Source: Candidatus Sumerlaeaceae bacterium
GTDB taxonomy: Bacteria; Sumerlaeota; Sumerlaeia; Sumerlaeales; Sumerlaeaceae
Direction: 5' to 3'
NCBI GenBank assembly: GCA_049968255.1
Contig: JBMFRB010000005.1
Location: 69,822-133,821, forward strand
Length of the DNA stretch: 64,000 bases
Shown here: piece after piece, positions 10,237 to 20,084 of the stretch
Layout: every line of letters starts with the position of its first letter
How positions within the stretch are numbered: position 1 is the first letter of the stretch
Made by a program: the position numbers and the translations under genes
The notes under the pieces: model-generated
Database searches by the model: none
Seen by the model: the letters and a program-made list of their open reading frames with translations, nothing else
Told to the model about the DNA's origin: nothing

Positions 10237-10266
10237 AAGCTCTAGAGTCGGCGGAGATATAGGAAC

Positions 10267-11319
10267 ATGCAGTCCCACGTTTTCATTGCTGTGAGCATGG
10301 GTGATCCGGGCGGCATCGGGCCGCGGCTCATCGCCCAAGTGACTGCGTCGGGAAGATTCGCGAAGCGGGCGCGCCTGCTCGTTTTCGGCGATGCGGCAAC
10401 ATTGGCGCAAGCGGCTGCTCTGGATGGCCTCAAAATTGAATTTCCCACAATTGCCGACACTTCTGACTTGGCCGAGCGAATTGCCCGACTTTCTCACGCA
10501 CCGCTCATCGTCATTGAACCACCAGAATGTCCGTCGGGAGGTTTTGCACGCGGCGAGGTAAGCCCACTGAACGGAGCTGCAAGTGTGGCATGGATCAAGG
10601 CTGGGACTAAAGCATGCCTGGCGGGCATCGCACAAGCACTTGTTACTGCGCCGATTAGCAAGGAAGCAATCCGCGCAGCCGGAGTGTGCTTCCCCGGCCA
10701 CACCGAACTGCTCGCTTCGCTGACTGATGGATGCGAGGTGCGGATGATGCTTGTTGGGAGAAGACTGCGTGTCGTGTTAGAGACGATTCACGTTGCGCTC
10801 AGCCAGGTGCCGCGTCTCATCGAACATGATCATCTCATCCGCTCGCTTGAAATTATCCACGAGTGGAGCTTGCAGTTTTTGCGCCGTTCGCCTAACATTG
10901 CCGTCTGCGGCTTGAATCCTCATGCGGGGGAAAATGGCCAGTTCGGACGTGAAGAGATTGAGGTTATCGGGCCAGCAATTGAACAAGCTCGGAAGCGCGG
11001 CATTGGCGCTTGGGGACCTTTTCCTGCAGACACGGTGTTTCACCGGGCGTCCCACGGAGAATTTGATTTCGTTTTATCGATGTACCATGACCAAGGACTT
11101 GGGCCACTGAAGACCGTGGCGTTCGACACGGGAGTCAACGTCACGCTCGGTCTGCCTTTCGTGCGCACGTCACCGGATCATGGCACGGCGTTTGATCGCG
11201 CATGGGTTCGCGAGGCCCGATTGAGCTGCCGAAGCTTTGAGCAAGCCATCAAACTTGCACTTCGGTGGGGAACGGCTGCAGGTCGGCTGAGTTCGGCCCG
11301 CAGACACAAGAATCAATGA
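10267..11319 (+). CDS. pdxA: 4-hydroxythreonine-4-phosphate dehydrogenase
   Basis: SMGDPGGIGP, TAPISKE, GHTE, GLNPHAGE, MYHDQGL, RTSPDHGTAFD. Confidence 0.95.
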   Translation: MQSHVFIAVSMGDPGGIGPRLIAQVTASGRFAKRARLLVFGDAATLAQAAALDGLKIEFPTIADTSDLAERIARLSHAPLIVIEPPECPSGGFARGEVSPLNGAASVAWIKAGTKACLAGIAQALVTAPISKEAIRAAGVCFPGHTELLASLTDGCEVRMMLVGRRLRVVLETIHVALSQVPRLIEHDHLIRSLEIIHEWSLQFLRRSPNIAVCGLNPHAGENGQFGREEIEVIGPAIEQARKRGIGAWGPFPADTVFHRASHGEFDFVLSMYHDQGLGPLKTVAFDTGVNVTLGLPFVRTSPDHGTAFDRAWVREARLSCRSFEQAIKLALRWGTAAGRLSSARRHKNQ

Positions 11320-11524
11320 GCAAATCCGTCGCTTTTCTGGCGAATGATTTTCGCGGCTAAGTCGTATAGCTAGTGCGTCAATTTGTGAGCACCAAAAGTG
11401 TGAGGGTGCCAACGCATCCCGTTCGCTGGCTCATTGAGGTCGCCGAACGGCGGGCATGTGACGCGATCGGCTGCGCCCGACGTCACCTCTGCCGTATTCT
11501 AATCGAGTGAGGAGAGTCCCACTC

Positions 11525-11980
11525 ATGAGCAGCACAAATCCGATCATTCGCGAATTCGTTGCGCAGCAGCTCAAAAAGGATATTCCGGATTTTGGCCCGG
11601 GCGACACCTTGCGCGTGTCAGTCCTGATCTCCGAAGGCGACAAAGAGCGCATCCAGGATTTTGTGGGTGTGTGCATTCGTCGTAAAGGGAGTGGAATCAG
11701 CGAGACTTTTACCGTGCGGCGTGTGAGCTACGGCGTGGGGATGGAGCGCATTTTTCCCCTGCATTCGCCAAAGATCGAGAAAATCGACGTGCTGCGCCGT
11801 GGACGTGTGCGGCGTGCCAAGCTTTATTATCTGCGCGATCTGCGCGGGAAGAAGGCGCGCATCGTTGAGCGCAAGGTCAAACACGCTGGACTGGAAGAAA
11901 AGCTTGTTGTTGGTGAGCCGACCCAGGAAGAGCCGGCTCAGGCCGAGATGCAGCAGGAATCGCTGAAAAAAGAAGAATAG
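11525..11980 (+). CDS. rplS: 50S ribosomal protein L19
   Basis: [57 protein letters not shown]; GAGGAG SD before ATG 11525. Confidence 0.98.
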   Translation: MSSTNPIIREFVAQQLKKDIPDFGPGDTLRVSVLISEGDKERIQDFVGVCIRRKGSGISETFTVRRVSYGVGMERIFPLHSPKIEKIDVLRRGRVRRAKLYYLRDLRGKKARIVERKVKHAGLEEKLVVGEPTQEEPAQAEMQQESLKKEE

Positions 11981-12001
11981 CTCTAGCCCGTTGAGACACT
12001 C

Positions 12002-12044
12002 GAAATAGCTCGCGACGACAAGAAGCGTTGCGGGCTGTTTCTTA
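12002..12044 (+). terminator. Probable intrinsic terminator after rplS
   Basis: Stem atagctcgcgacg / cgttgcgggctgt (with G-U pairs) followed by ttctt. Confidence 0.5.
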
Positions 12045-12126
12045 TGTGGAAGTGCACCGCCGCCGTGGCAGGGGGTCAAGCGGAGCGCGGCAGAGAGGCG
12101 AGTGCTTTGCCACCCATTCCGGTAGC

Positions 12127-13401
12127 TCAGAGCTTCTCGATGAAATCGAGATCCTTGCCGTAAGTCTCCTCAATAAAGCTCAACGCGGTCGCCGCTAAAA
12201 CAAATGTGCCTATTCCGACAAATCCGGCCGCATTGCGAATATCTGTGTAGGCCGCGATCAAGTTGAAAAGCCAGGTGAGAATGGCAGTAAGTCCGCGAAC
12301 GAAATTCGGAGCTGTCACAGCCACCGTGGCACGGAGGTTGGTTCCAAACTGCTCTGCGGCCACGGTGACAAATACTGCCCAATAGCCCGAGACAAACCCG
12401 AGAGCCGTGCACGTCGCATAAAAGAAAGCGAGGGAGAGTCCACCGAAAAGAAGATAGATCGCGGAGAATGCCATGGCCAATGCCATGAAGACGGCGATGA
12501 TCTTCTTGCGGGTTTGAAGGCGTTGGCTCAGGTAACCGTTGACGAGATCGCCAAAAGTGAGAGCCAAATAGTAGAACATGAGAGCCAGGGAGCTTTTTGG
12601 TGCGGGATTGAGGCCCAAGGCTTTGCCGAGCTCCGGCGAAAAAGTCACGAGGATGCCAATCGCATACCAGACGGGCATTGCGACCAGAATGAGACTTATG
12701 TAGCGGCGCAAACGCTCTTTGCTTGTAAAGAGAGCGAAAAAATTCCCGCGCGCAACGGTGGTCTGCAGGGCTCGCGCAAACATCGGCGACTCGCTTACGC
12801 CAATACGGAGCGCTAAGAGGAGAAACCCAAGCATTCCTCCGATGGCGTAGGAGTATCGCCAAGGGAAAAGATCGCCGATAAGCGAAGCTGTAACCACGCC
12901 AAGCACTCCCACCGCGGCAACAATCATCGTGCCGTAGCCGCGGTTGCGCGGTGACATTAGTTCGCTAACCAACGTCACGCCCGCCCCCAGCTCACCAGCT
13001 AGGCCCACCCCGGCTAGGAAGCGCCAAAGCGCGTAGCTTGGCACCGAATGCACAAAAGCATTCGCAAGCGTGGCGATCGAATAAAGGGTAATAGAACCAA
13101 ATAAAACTGATTTGCGTCCTCGGCGATCTCCGAGGACTCCCCAGAGAATCCCGCCGAATAACAGGCCAAGAAGTTGCGAGTTGAGTAGGTGCACTCCGAC
13201 GGTCCGGATCTGGTCATCGCTAAAGCCGAAATCTGCAAGACTGGCGCGGCGCACGATGTTGTAAAGCAGGAGGTCGTAGGCATCCACGAAGAAGCCAAGT
13301 GCAGCCGTGATAATGGCCAAAACCGTGCTTTTGCTCAAATCTTGGGAAGGAGACTCCAACGCAGAAGATGTGTATGAGTGACTCGGGGTCATGGGGACCA
13401 T
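12127..13401 (-). CDS. MFS transporter
   Basis: About 12 hydrophobic helices, motif A GVLGDRRGRK, GFFVDAYD, GLAGELG, EQFGTNLRAT. Confidence 0.93.
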   Translation of the reverse strand: MVPMTPSHSYTSSALESPSQDLSKSTVLAIITAALGFFVDAYDLLLYNIVRRASLADFGFSDDQIRTVGVHLLNSQLLGLLFGGILWGVLGDRRGRKSVLFGSITLYSIATLANAFVHSVPSYALWRFLAGVGLAGELGAGVTLVSELMSPRNRGYGTMIVAAVGVLGVVTASLIGDLFPWRYSYAIGGMLGFLLLALRIGVSESPMFARALQTTVARGNFFALFTSKERLRRYISLILVAMPVWYAIGILVTFSPELGKALGLNPAPKSSLALMFYYLALTFGDLVNGYLSQRLQTRKKIIAVFMALAMAFSAIYLLFGGLSLAFFYATCTALGFVSGYWAVFVTVAAEQFGTNLRATVAVTAPNFVRGLTAILTWLFNLIAAYTDIRNAAGFVGIGTFVLAATALSFIEETYGKDLDFIEKL

Positions 13402-13456
13402 TCGTGTTCGCGCCCCTAAAACGCTGTCAAGTGTCGAGATCTTTATTATTTTTCAT

Positions 13457-13490
13457 CATTTTTTGTTGCCTTTCATTTTTTTGTTGCCTT
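13457..13490. repeat. Imperfect tandem direct repeat CATTTTTT(T)GTTGCCTT x2 in a divergent promoter region
   Basis: Copies at 13457-13472 and 13474-13490, between the MFS gene and the cupin-like gene. Confidence 0.6.
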
Positions 13491-13542
13491 CCCACCGTTA
13501 GCACATCGTATTGTATTCAAGACTGGGCCAGGCAGGGTGTGA

Positions 13543-14043
13543 ATGGGCGTACCTCAGATATATTGGTTTATGGAGTCGCAGTGGCTTCTTGTCTTAAGCG
13601 AAGGGGAATATTCTATTTTTAGTGTGCTCATGCGCCGCACTCCAGAGCCAGACAAGTTGGAGTCGATAACGCACCGATGGAACCTCACGATTTTGGGGAC
13701 AAACGGACAAGCGGAAGTGGCACTGTTTGATCGTTGGACCCCCATGGAACGGATGCGTGAGTTTCTCGTGCCCGCCAATGTGCCGCACAAGTTTTGCAAC
13801 CGCTACGAATTCCCGGCGCAGTTTACCGTCATTGCTCGACCAGGAGGATTCGAGGAATTCGTCAAGATTCACGGCATTGCCATGCCGCCTGAAGCGTACG
13901 TGCAGGTCTCTATAGATCCCGAGATTCACCGCATCGAGGATTGGTGGATTCCGCCACGGCAGTACGATGCGCCTTCAGCGACACCATTGACGAACGCCCC
14001 TCCTCAGAATGACGCACAGGATAAGCCGCCCTCCAACTTTTAG
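13543..14043 (+). CDS. Cupin-like protein
   Basis: Cupin motif-2-like FLVPANVPHKFCN followed by PGGFEEF; motif 1 is degenerate. Confidence 0.6.
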   Translation: MGVPQIYWFMESQWLLVLSEGEYSIFSVLMRRTPEPDKLESITHRWNLTILGTNGQAEVALFDRWTPMERMREFLVPANVPHKFCNRYEFPAQFTVIARPGGFEEFVKIHGIAMPPEAYVQVSIDPEIHRIEDWWIPPRQYDAPSATPLTNAPPQNDAQDKPPSNF

Positions 14044-14113
14044 GCAGAGGTTGCCCCAAGAGGCGCCGCTTACCTCCAAAGTGCTTCTGAGGCTACTCTT
14101 GCAGGGCAGGCTT

Positions 14114-15532
14114 TTATTGCGCAGCGCCCGATGAATCCGGGATAGTGAACCAGAACGTCGCCCCTGCGCCGGGTGCACTGTCTACCCAAATATGCCCTCC
14201 GTGTGCTACCACGAAGTCTTTCGCAATACTCAATCCAAGTCCAACAGAGCGACCAGGACCACGCAACGACGTGGTCGAAATCTGGGGGAAACGCTGAAAC
14301 ACTTTTGCCTTCTGTTCTTCACTCAAGCCGGGACCGGAGTCGCGAATGCCAACAAGGAAATCGCTTTCGCGGCGAGTCAGTGTGATAAAAACAGTAGAAC
14401 CGGCAGGAGCATACTTGATCGCATTGTTGAGCAAATTATCGAACACCCGACCAAGACGCTGGCGGTCAGCGGTGAGAAAAGGCATGCGTGGATCAGCAGT
14501 CACGTCGAATTGAAGGTGGCGCGATAGCGATCTTGAGCGCTGCCCTTCGAGACACTCGTCGACAAGCGCTGGCAGTGAAAACTCTTCTTTCTTCAGTTCA
14601 AGGCTTTGCGCCTGCGCCAGAGCGGTATCAAGAAGATCGTCGAGAAGGTCCTGGGTATGTTGGTACGCCACTTTCATTTTTTCTAAGGCCTGGTGCTGCT
14701 CGTCAGTAAGAGCGCCAAATGTACCTTCCTTTAGCATTTCAAGATAGCCCCCGATGACCGAAAGGGGGGTTCTTACGTCGTGGAAGACCATATCCGAAAT
14801 CAAGCGTATATGCGCGTTGCTCGCTTCGAGCATTTCGATAATTCTGGTTTTCTCGATGGCCATGGCAATTTTGCGGCCAATCCTGAGCAGAAGCTGCGCG
14901 TGATTATTGTCATAAGCATTGACGGATCGCGACGAGAAAAAGAGGAACCCGACGGCGCGACCAAGCGCATGGAGAGGAACCGTCAGGCTCGAACGCATGC
15001 CTTCTTCCAAGAGCAATCTCGTCGAGCCACTGGTGGGATGCTCGGCCAGATACGTCCCTAGGTCAGAGATGATCCTGGGTTGGCCCGACTGCAGCACGGC
15101 GTAGAGTGTGCTATGGCGGATGTCGACGCGATAGCCTGGCGCCAGCTTAGGCTGGCCGTCTCGAAGTCGCATGTAAACGGCTTCCGCCATAAAGGGCTTC
15201 TCCTCGTCCAGGAAAGCCAAGCCAATGCGATCGAAGGGGATGAAACTAGAAAAATTGGCGAAGATAAAATCCAGGAGTTGTTCGGTGTGCTTGCCCTCGT
15301 GCAGACGGGTCAAAAGCTCGTCTAGCATTTGGGATTTTTTCTGCTCGCTGCGAAGTGCGTGGTGATAGCCCTCGACGGCGGCGACTATTTGATTCGCATA
15401 CTCAGAATCGAACGTCGGCGGTTCGCACTCGTGGTCTTCAGCCAACATACGTACCCAGAGGCAGATTTTGTGGCAGGTAGCTGCCGGTGAGGAGGGAGTT
15501 GGCGCACCATCGTCTGATTGGCGTCGGCTCAT
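14114..15532 (-). CDS. Cytoplasmic GAF-domain sensor histidine kinase
   Basis: GAF (FDRIGLA..EGMRSSLTVPL), H-box FHDVRTPLSVI, N-box NLLNNAIKY, G1 DSGPG, G2 GLGLSI; no TM helices. Confidence 0.93.
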   Translation of the reverse strand: MSRRQSDDGAPTPSSPAATCHKICLWVRMLAEDHECEPPTFDSEYANQIVAAVEGYHHALRSEQKKSQMLDELLTRLHEGKHTEQLLDFIFANFSSFIPFDRIGLAFLDEEKPFMAEAVYMRLRDGQPKLAPGYRVDIRHSTLYAVLQSGQPRIISDLGTYLAEHPTSGSTRLLLEEGMRSSLTVPLHALGRAVGFLFFSSRSVNAYDNNHAQLLLRIGRKIAMAIEKTRIIEMLEASNAHIRLISDMVFHDVRTPLSVIGGYLEMLKEGTFGALTDEQHQALEKMKVAYQHTQDLLDDLLDTALAQAQSLELKKEEFSLPALVDECLEGQRSRSLSRHLQFDVTADPRMPFLTADRQRLGRVFDNLLNNAIKYAPAGSTVFITLTRRESDFLVGIRDSGPGLSEEQKAKVFQRFPQISTTSLRGPGRSVGLGLSIAKDFVVAHGGHIWVDSAPGAGATFWFTIPDSSGAAQ

Positions 15533-15720
15533 TTTTTGCACCTCCTCTAGCTTTCTACTTCAAATCTATAACATTCGCAGCAAATCATGCACCGGAAAAT
15601 TCTTTCGGCCAAGGGCGACCCTTCTTTGTGCATAAGCTAACAATGCTCTCTTGTGGCGGATTGGGGTTCAAGGTTTTGCCTTGAATTAGGTTGATCTCTC
15701 ACTGAGAAGATGCGGCGAAC

Positions 15721-17148
15721 ATGCCAATGAGCCTAAGCGAGCAATTTTGGCGCACTCTGGAAGACAAACAAGAGGCACTCGGTCCTGCGCCTGAGGGACT
15801 GGACGTGGTGTGGCATGTTCTCAAGCCAGCGGCAGGTGACAAAAGTTTGCCAGCGCGCGAGCTGGCGCGATTGGCGCGGATTTCGCACCGCCATCACCCC
15901 CCTGCGCTTTTGGCTCAACCCAGCGCGGATATTCGCCCATTTGTGCTGGTGGTTTCGGCGCCAGATAAAGCGTTACCCACATTTGAGGAACTTTACCAAA
16001 GCTATCTCGACAAGAACGGCTTCCTGGCGGAGAGTTTGCTTTTGCTTAGGCCCCATTGCGAGGTTCCTTACGCGCTGTTTGTGGGTGGTCGGAACTATTT
16101 TTTGTACGATCTGGCTACGGAAGATATCTTGCGCTGGAGTTCGACTTTCGAAGATCTCTGCGATTTGCTGCTGGCGCCCATCGAACGGCGCGAAAACGTT
16201 CGCGCCAAATGGGACGCGCTGGCGCGTCGAACCCGTAGCCAGCGAGCCGAAGAGTTCTCTCACTGGATGGACTTGTGGCGAGTGGCGATAGGCGCACACT
16301 ACGCTGACGTCAACTCGCCGCTTTTGGTCCAAGGACTTTTGCAAAAATCAATCCTGCTTTTCCTCTACGATCTGCTTTTCGGTTTTTCGGACGAGGATCT
16401 GCGGCTTCGGAAGAATTTTTTGGCGGTTCGTCAACATCATCGCAGCGCAAGTGTTAGCGACCCCGAAGCCGATCTCACATTTGACGCTGTGGCTTGGTTG
16501 CACCAAGCTAGTGAAGAGCTTTACGCTCGCTATCAAATCGAGTTTCTTCGGTGGACCGAGGAAGAAAGCGCATTTTTCTCCCTCATGAACAATGAGGCGC
16601 GCCTGAATTTGCGCCAGTTCATTCTCGAACTTTTTCTGCAGAGTCTGTCGAAATTCGATGTCGAAGTTCAGGCTGAGGCTTTTTCTGATCCCGATGCGCG
16701 CTTGAAAATGTGGAAATTTTCTGTGACCGAGACACTCAACGTGCGCAAGCGCTTGCACGCGGACGAGATCAACGTCTATGCTCCACTTGAGGTTGACCTC
16801 GATGAGAGCGGTGTTGCCTGGACGCTCCATGTGGTAGGGGAAATCCTCGAGTACTGGCGGGAGAAATGCGAACAATTGGAGCAAGACCTGGCGCAGCGCA
16901 AGCGCATTGAGGTCCAGCTCGACATGTTCCAACACCCGGACCTGGAGAAAGCAAGTGTCCCAACGCGCGAAAACCTCTATTGCTCTACGTTGCCGCAAAG
17001 CCTGCGCATCTTTTATAGAGATCCAGCAGAGCGGCAGACACTCGAATACCTTGTGAATCTCAAAATTCTCGATTATTGCGCAAAACATGCCATCCCGCTT
17101 CATCCTCTCAAGGATCTTGAGCGTATCTTCGTGATGAAAAGCGCCTAA
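15721..17148 (+). CDS. Hypothetical protein (possible degenerate type IIG RM-like scaffold)
   Basis: 475-aa ORF filling the space between the kinase and thrC, no intact catalytic motif; see findings. Confidence 0.75.
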   Translation: MPMSLSEQFWRTLEDKQEALGPAPEGLDVVWHVLKPAAGDKSLPARELARLARISHRHHPPALLAQPSADIRPFVLVVSAPDKALPTFEELYQSYLDKNGFLAESLLLLRPHCEVPYALFVGGRNYFLYDLATEDILRWSSTFEDLCDLLLAPIERRENVRAKWDALARRTRSQRAEEFSHWMDLWRVAIGAHYADVNSPLLVQGLLQKSILLFLYDLLFGFSDEDLRLRKNFLAVRQHHRSASVSDPEADLTFDAVAWLHQASEELYARYQIEFLRWTEEESAFFSLMNNEARLNLRQFILELFLQSLSKFDVEVQAEAFSDPDARLKMWKFSVTETLNVRKRLHADEINVYAPLEVDLDESGVAWTLHVVGEILEYWREKCEQLEQDLAQRKRIEVQLDMFQHPDLEKASVPTRENLYCSTLPQSLRIFYRDPAERQTLEYLVNLKILDYCAKHAIPLHPLKDLERIFVMKSA

Positions 17149-17216
17149 AGATCTTGCATTAAGCCTTTCTGCCGGGGTGGATGACCTGTTTACATGAGCT
17201 GGAGAGGATCACGGAT

Positions 17217-18449
17217 ATGCTTATCGCTCTGCGCTGTATCGTGTGCGGTCGGGAGTACGAACCTGTTTACAAATTAACTTGTGATGTTTGCGGTCCCTCC
17301 GAGGGAATTCTCGACGCCGTTTACGACTACGAGCACGCGCGGCGCACGCTTACAAAAGAATCGCTCGCCAGTCGCCCCATGAATCACTGGCGTTATCGGG
17401 AGGTGCTTCCTCTGCGTGGGGCCCAAGTTATCCCGCCATTACAGGTTGGTTGGACGCCAGTTTATGACGTGCCGCGGCTGGCCAAACACCTCGGCGTGGC
17501 AAAACTTTGGCTAAAAGATGATGGCCGCAATCCGACCGCATCTTTCAAAGACAGAGCAAGCAGCATGGGTGTGGCTAAAGCGTTGGAGTTTGGTTTTCGA
17601 ACCGTAGCCTGTGCTTCGACGGGAAATGCTGCGAGTTCGCTGGCGGGGTTTGCGGCGGCAACGGGACTGAAAAGCTTTATATTTGTGCCGCAACGCGCAC
17701 CTGAGCCAAAGGTGGCACAGCTTCTCCTTTTTGGGGCCACAGTGCTGCGGGTGCAGGGAACCTACGATGATGCCTACGACCTGTGCAGCGCAGCCGTGGA
17801 GCGCTTTGGGTGGTACAATCGCAACTGCGCCATCAACAGCTACCTTGTGGAAGGCAAGAAGACCGCTGGCCTCGAGATCGGGGAGCAACTTGGCGCAACC
17901 CCGCCGGATTGGGTCGTGGTGAGCGTGGGCGACGGCTGCACCATTGCGGGAGTGTGGAAAGGGCTGTGCGAGATGCATACGCTGGGAATTCTGAACCGCT
18001 TGCCGCGTCTGCTGGGTGTGCAGGCTGAGGGTTCACCAGCCGTAGCCCGGCAATTTCACCGCGGCGAGAATGCTCCCTTTGACAAACATGAAGCCACCAC
18101 GGTGGCCGACTCAATCTGCGTGGCGGTGCCACGCAACTGGCGCAAAGCTGTTCGCGCGGTGAAAGAATCGCACGGAACTTATATCACAGTGAGTGATGAG
18201 GAGATTTTGGAGGCGTTGCGCTCTACACCGCGGCTCTCAGGAGTGCTCGGCGAACCCGCAGCGGTGGCTAGCGTAGCTGGTGTGGCCAAAGCTCGGCAGC
18301 AGCAAATCATTGGTCCGAACGAATCTGTGCTGGCTGTGATTACCGGTAATGGGCTGAAAGACATCCGAACAGCAATTTCGGTGGCTGGCTCGACGCATGA
18401 TATCCCGCCTAACATTGATGCTGTCGCAGAAGTGGTAAGGAAAAGCTAG
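17217..18449 (+). CDS. thrC: Threonine synthase
   Basis: N-terminal CxxC..CxxC, PLP-lysine NPTASFKDR, CASTGNAASS, EGKKT, SVGDG, ITGNGLKD; GGAGAGG SD before ATG 17217. Confidence 0.92.
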   Translation: MLIALRCIVCGREYEPVYKLTCDVCGPSEGILDAVYDYEHARRTLTKESLASRPMNHWRYREVLPLRGAQVIPPLQVGWTPVYDVPRLAKHLGVAKLWLKDDGRNPTASFKDRASSMGVAKALEFGFRTVACASTGNAASSLAGFAAATGLKSFIFVPQRAPEPKVAQLLLFGATVLRVQGTYDDAYDLCSAAVERFGWYNRNCAINSYLVEGKKTAGLEIGEQLGATPPDWVVVSVGDGCTIAGVWKGLCEMHTLGILNRLPRLLGVQAEGSPAVARQFHRGENAPFDKHEATTVADSICVAVPRNWRKAVRAVKESHGTYITVSDEEILEALRSTPRLSGVLGEPAAVASVAGVAKARQQQIIGPNESVLAVITGNGLKDIRTAISVAGSTHDIPPNIDAVAEVVRKS

Positions 18450-18475
18450 CACAGTTTTGGAAAACTAACTGCCTT

Positions 18476-19207
18476 ATGACCAAACAGCGCAAACGACACA
18501 TTGTTCCGTACCGACCAATCGAGTGGGTGTTTTTAGACGCTGGAGGAACGCTGCTCGGGACGAATCCAGAAGAGGAGCACTGGTATGAACAGTTTTTCAT
18601 TGATGCGTGCCGCGAGCAAGGCGCGGCGGTTTCCTTGGCCGAGGTCCATGAAGCGCTTCACGACGCAAATGCGTCGTGCCCCGTGCATCCCCGCTGCAGC
18701 ACCCCCGAGCAAGTACGCCAGTACTGGGAACACGTGTATGGCACGGTGTTCAAACGTCTGCTGCCGGGAAAAGATTGGCTAGCAGTAGCTCAGCATTATA
18801 TCGATCGCTTCGAGCAGGGCGAGTTTGTGCAGCTTTTCCCCGACACGCTCACAACGCTGGAGGCAGTGCGCCGGATGGGGCGGCGGATCGCCGTGGTCTC
18901 GAATTTTGGCACCTACCTCGAGCATTTTCTGCGGCGATGCGGCATTGCTCATTATTTTGAATTCGCCGTAATCAGTGCAGCTGAAGGATGTGAAAAACCA
19001 CAACCAGAGATCTTCCACCGTGCACTCAAGCGTGCGGGGGCAAGGCCCGAGAGCGTGCTGTTTGTTGGCGACAATCTCGAAGAGGATTACCGGGCGGCTA
19101 ACGCCGTGGGGATACATGCTTTGTTGGTGGATCGGCACAACAAACATGCGGAGCACGAAGACGTGGCCCGCATCAGGCGCCTCGATGAGCTGGTCAATTA
19201 CTTGTGA
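18476..19207 (+). CDS. HAD-IA family hydrolase
   Basis: Motif I FLDAGGTL, VVSNF, EKPQPEIF, FVGDNLEED. Confidence 0.92.
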   Translation: MTKQRKRHIVPYRPIEWVFLDAGGTLLGTNPEEEHWYEQFFIDACREQGAAVSLAEVHEALHDANASCPVHPRCSTPEQVRQYWEHVYGTVFKRLLPGKDWLAVAQHYIDRFEQGEFVQLFPDTLTTLEAVRRMGRRIAVVSNFGTYLEHFLRRCGIAHYFEFAVISAAEGCEKPQPEIFHRALKRAGARPESVLFVGDNLEEDYRAANAVGIHALLVDRHNKHAEHEDVARIRRLDELVNYL

Positions 19208-19522
19208 GTTCGTTGCTACCTTTGAGCCTACTCGAGGTACGCGGGTGATTTCCGATGTCGCACAAGGCGTAGGTGAAACAGGTGAAAAGATCAAGAACTT
19301 GTCTGGCATGCCGACGTCTCCACGAGCAGCCACAATCGCACAAGGGCAAACGGGCTACAGAACTCATAAAAGGCGACGCACGTCATATCGCAAGGGCGGA
19401 GCACCCGTTCTTTGCCACGACTCGCTCAGGGAAGCAATTTGATGGATACAGACGTCTGAATAGTAACTTCGTGCATGATGAGAACGTGAGCAACTGATGT
19501 TGAGCAAGGAACTTACGACCAT

Positions 19523-19960
19523 ATGAGTGAAAAACCCGAAAACTCTAAGAATTCTCCGCAAGTGGCATCTTCTAGCGAAGCAAAGGGGCCGGAGTGCTGT
19601 GTAGACACGGAGCAAGCCATGCCGCAGCAAGCTACGTCAGGCCCCGCAGCGACTCAGCCTCAGTCTTCCCCCAAGTCGACACCTGCAGCAGCCCCGAAAC
19701 CGCCCACTTCAAACAAGACGCCAGCGCCGACTCCTCCCCCCGTAGAAACAAGGCCCGGCTTCGTGCCTCTCGATCCTGAGCTACCAATTCCTCGCTTGCG
19801 CCCGGCGCGAGTAGCTCTCGCGTTGGGATTGTTTATTGGCTTTGCTGTTGCCTTTGCTGTCGGCGGCGAGTGGTTCATTCGTTCGATCTTGCTTCCAAGT
19901 ACTTTGCCGGCCATTCAGGCCGTCGGGCCATCGGCCGCTCCGTCATGGGGAAGGCGGTAG
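19523..19960 (+). CDS. Hypothetical Pro/Ser/Thr-rich protein with one C-terminal TM helix
   Basis: AAGGA SD and ATG; low-complexity N-terminus, then VALALGLFIGFAVAFAVGG. Confidence 0.55.
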   Translation: MSEKPENSKNSPQVASSSEAKGPECCVDTEQAMPQQATSGPAATQPQSSPKSTPAAAPKPPTSNKTPAPTPPPVETRPGFVPLDPELPIPRLRPARVALALGLFIGFAVAFAVGGEWFIRSILLPSTLPAIQAVGPSAAPSWGRR

Positions 19961-20084
19961 CACAGGCTCAGCAAGAGGCATGACGAAGATATTTCATGGC
20001 TGAGTCCCAGTTCCCAGTCTTTGAAATATCATTAAGGAGATGAATCAACCTGCAAACAGGCTACCCTTTGGCAGGGGCAAAGGC

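Noticed and set aside
19337-19400. GCACAAGGGCAAAC...GACGCA resembling a c-di-GMP-I riboswitch
   Set aside because: No P2 stem with a GNRA tetraloop between the two motifs and no recognisable P3; judged a chance match.
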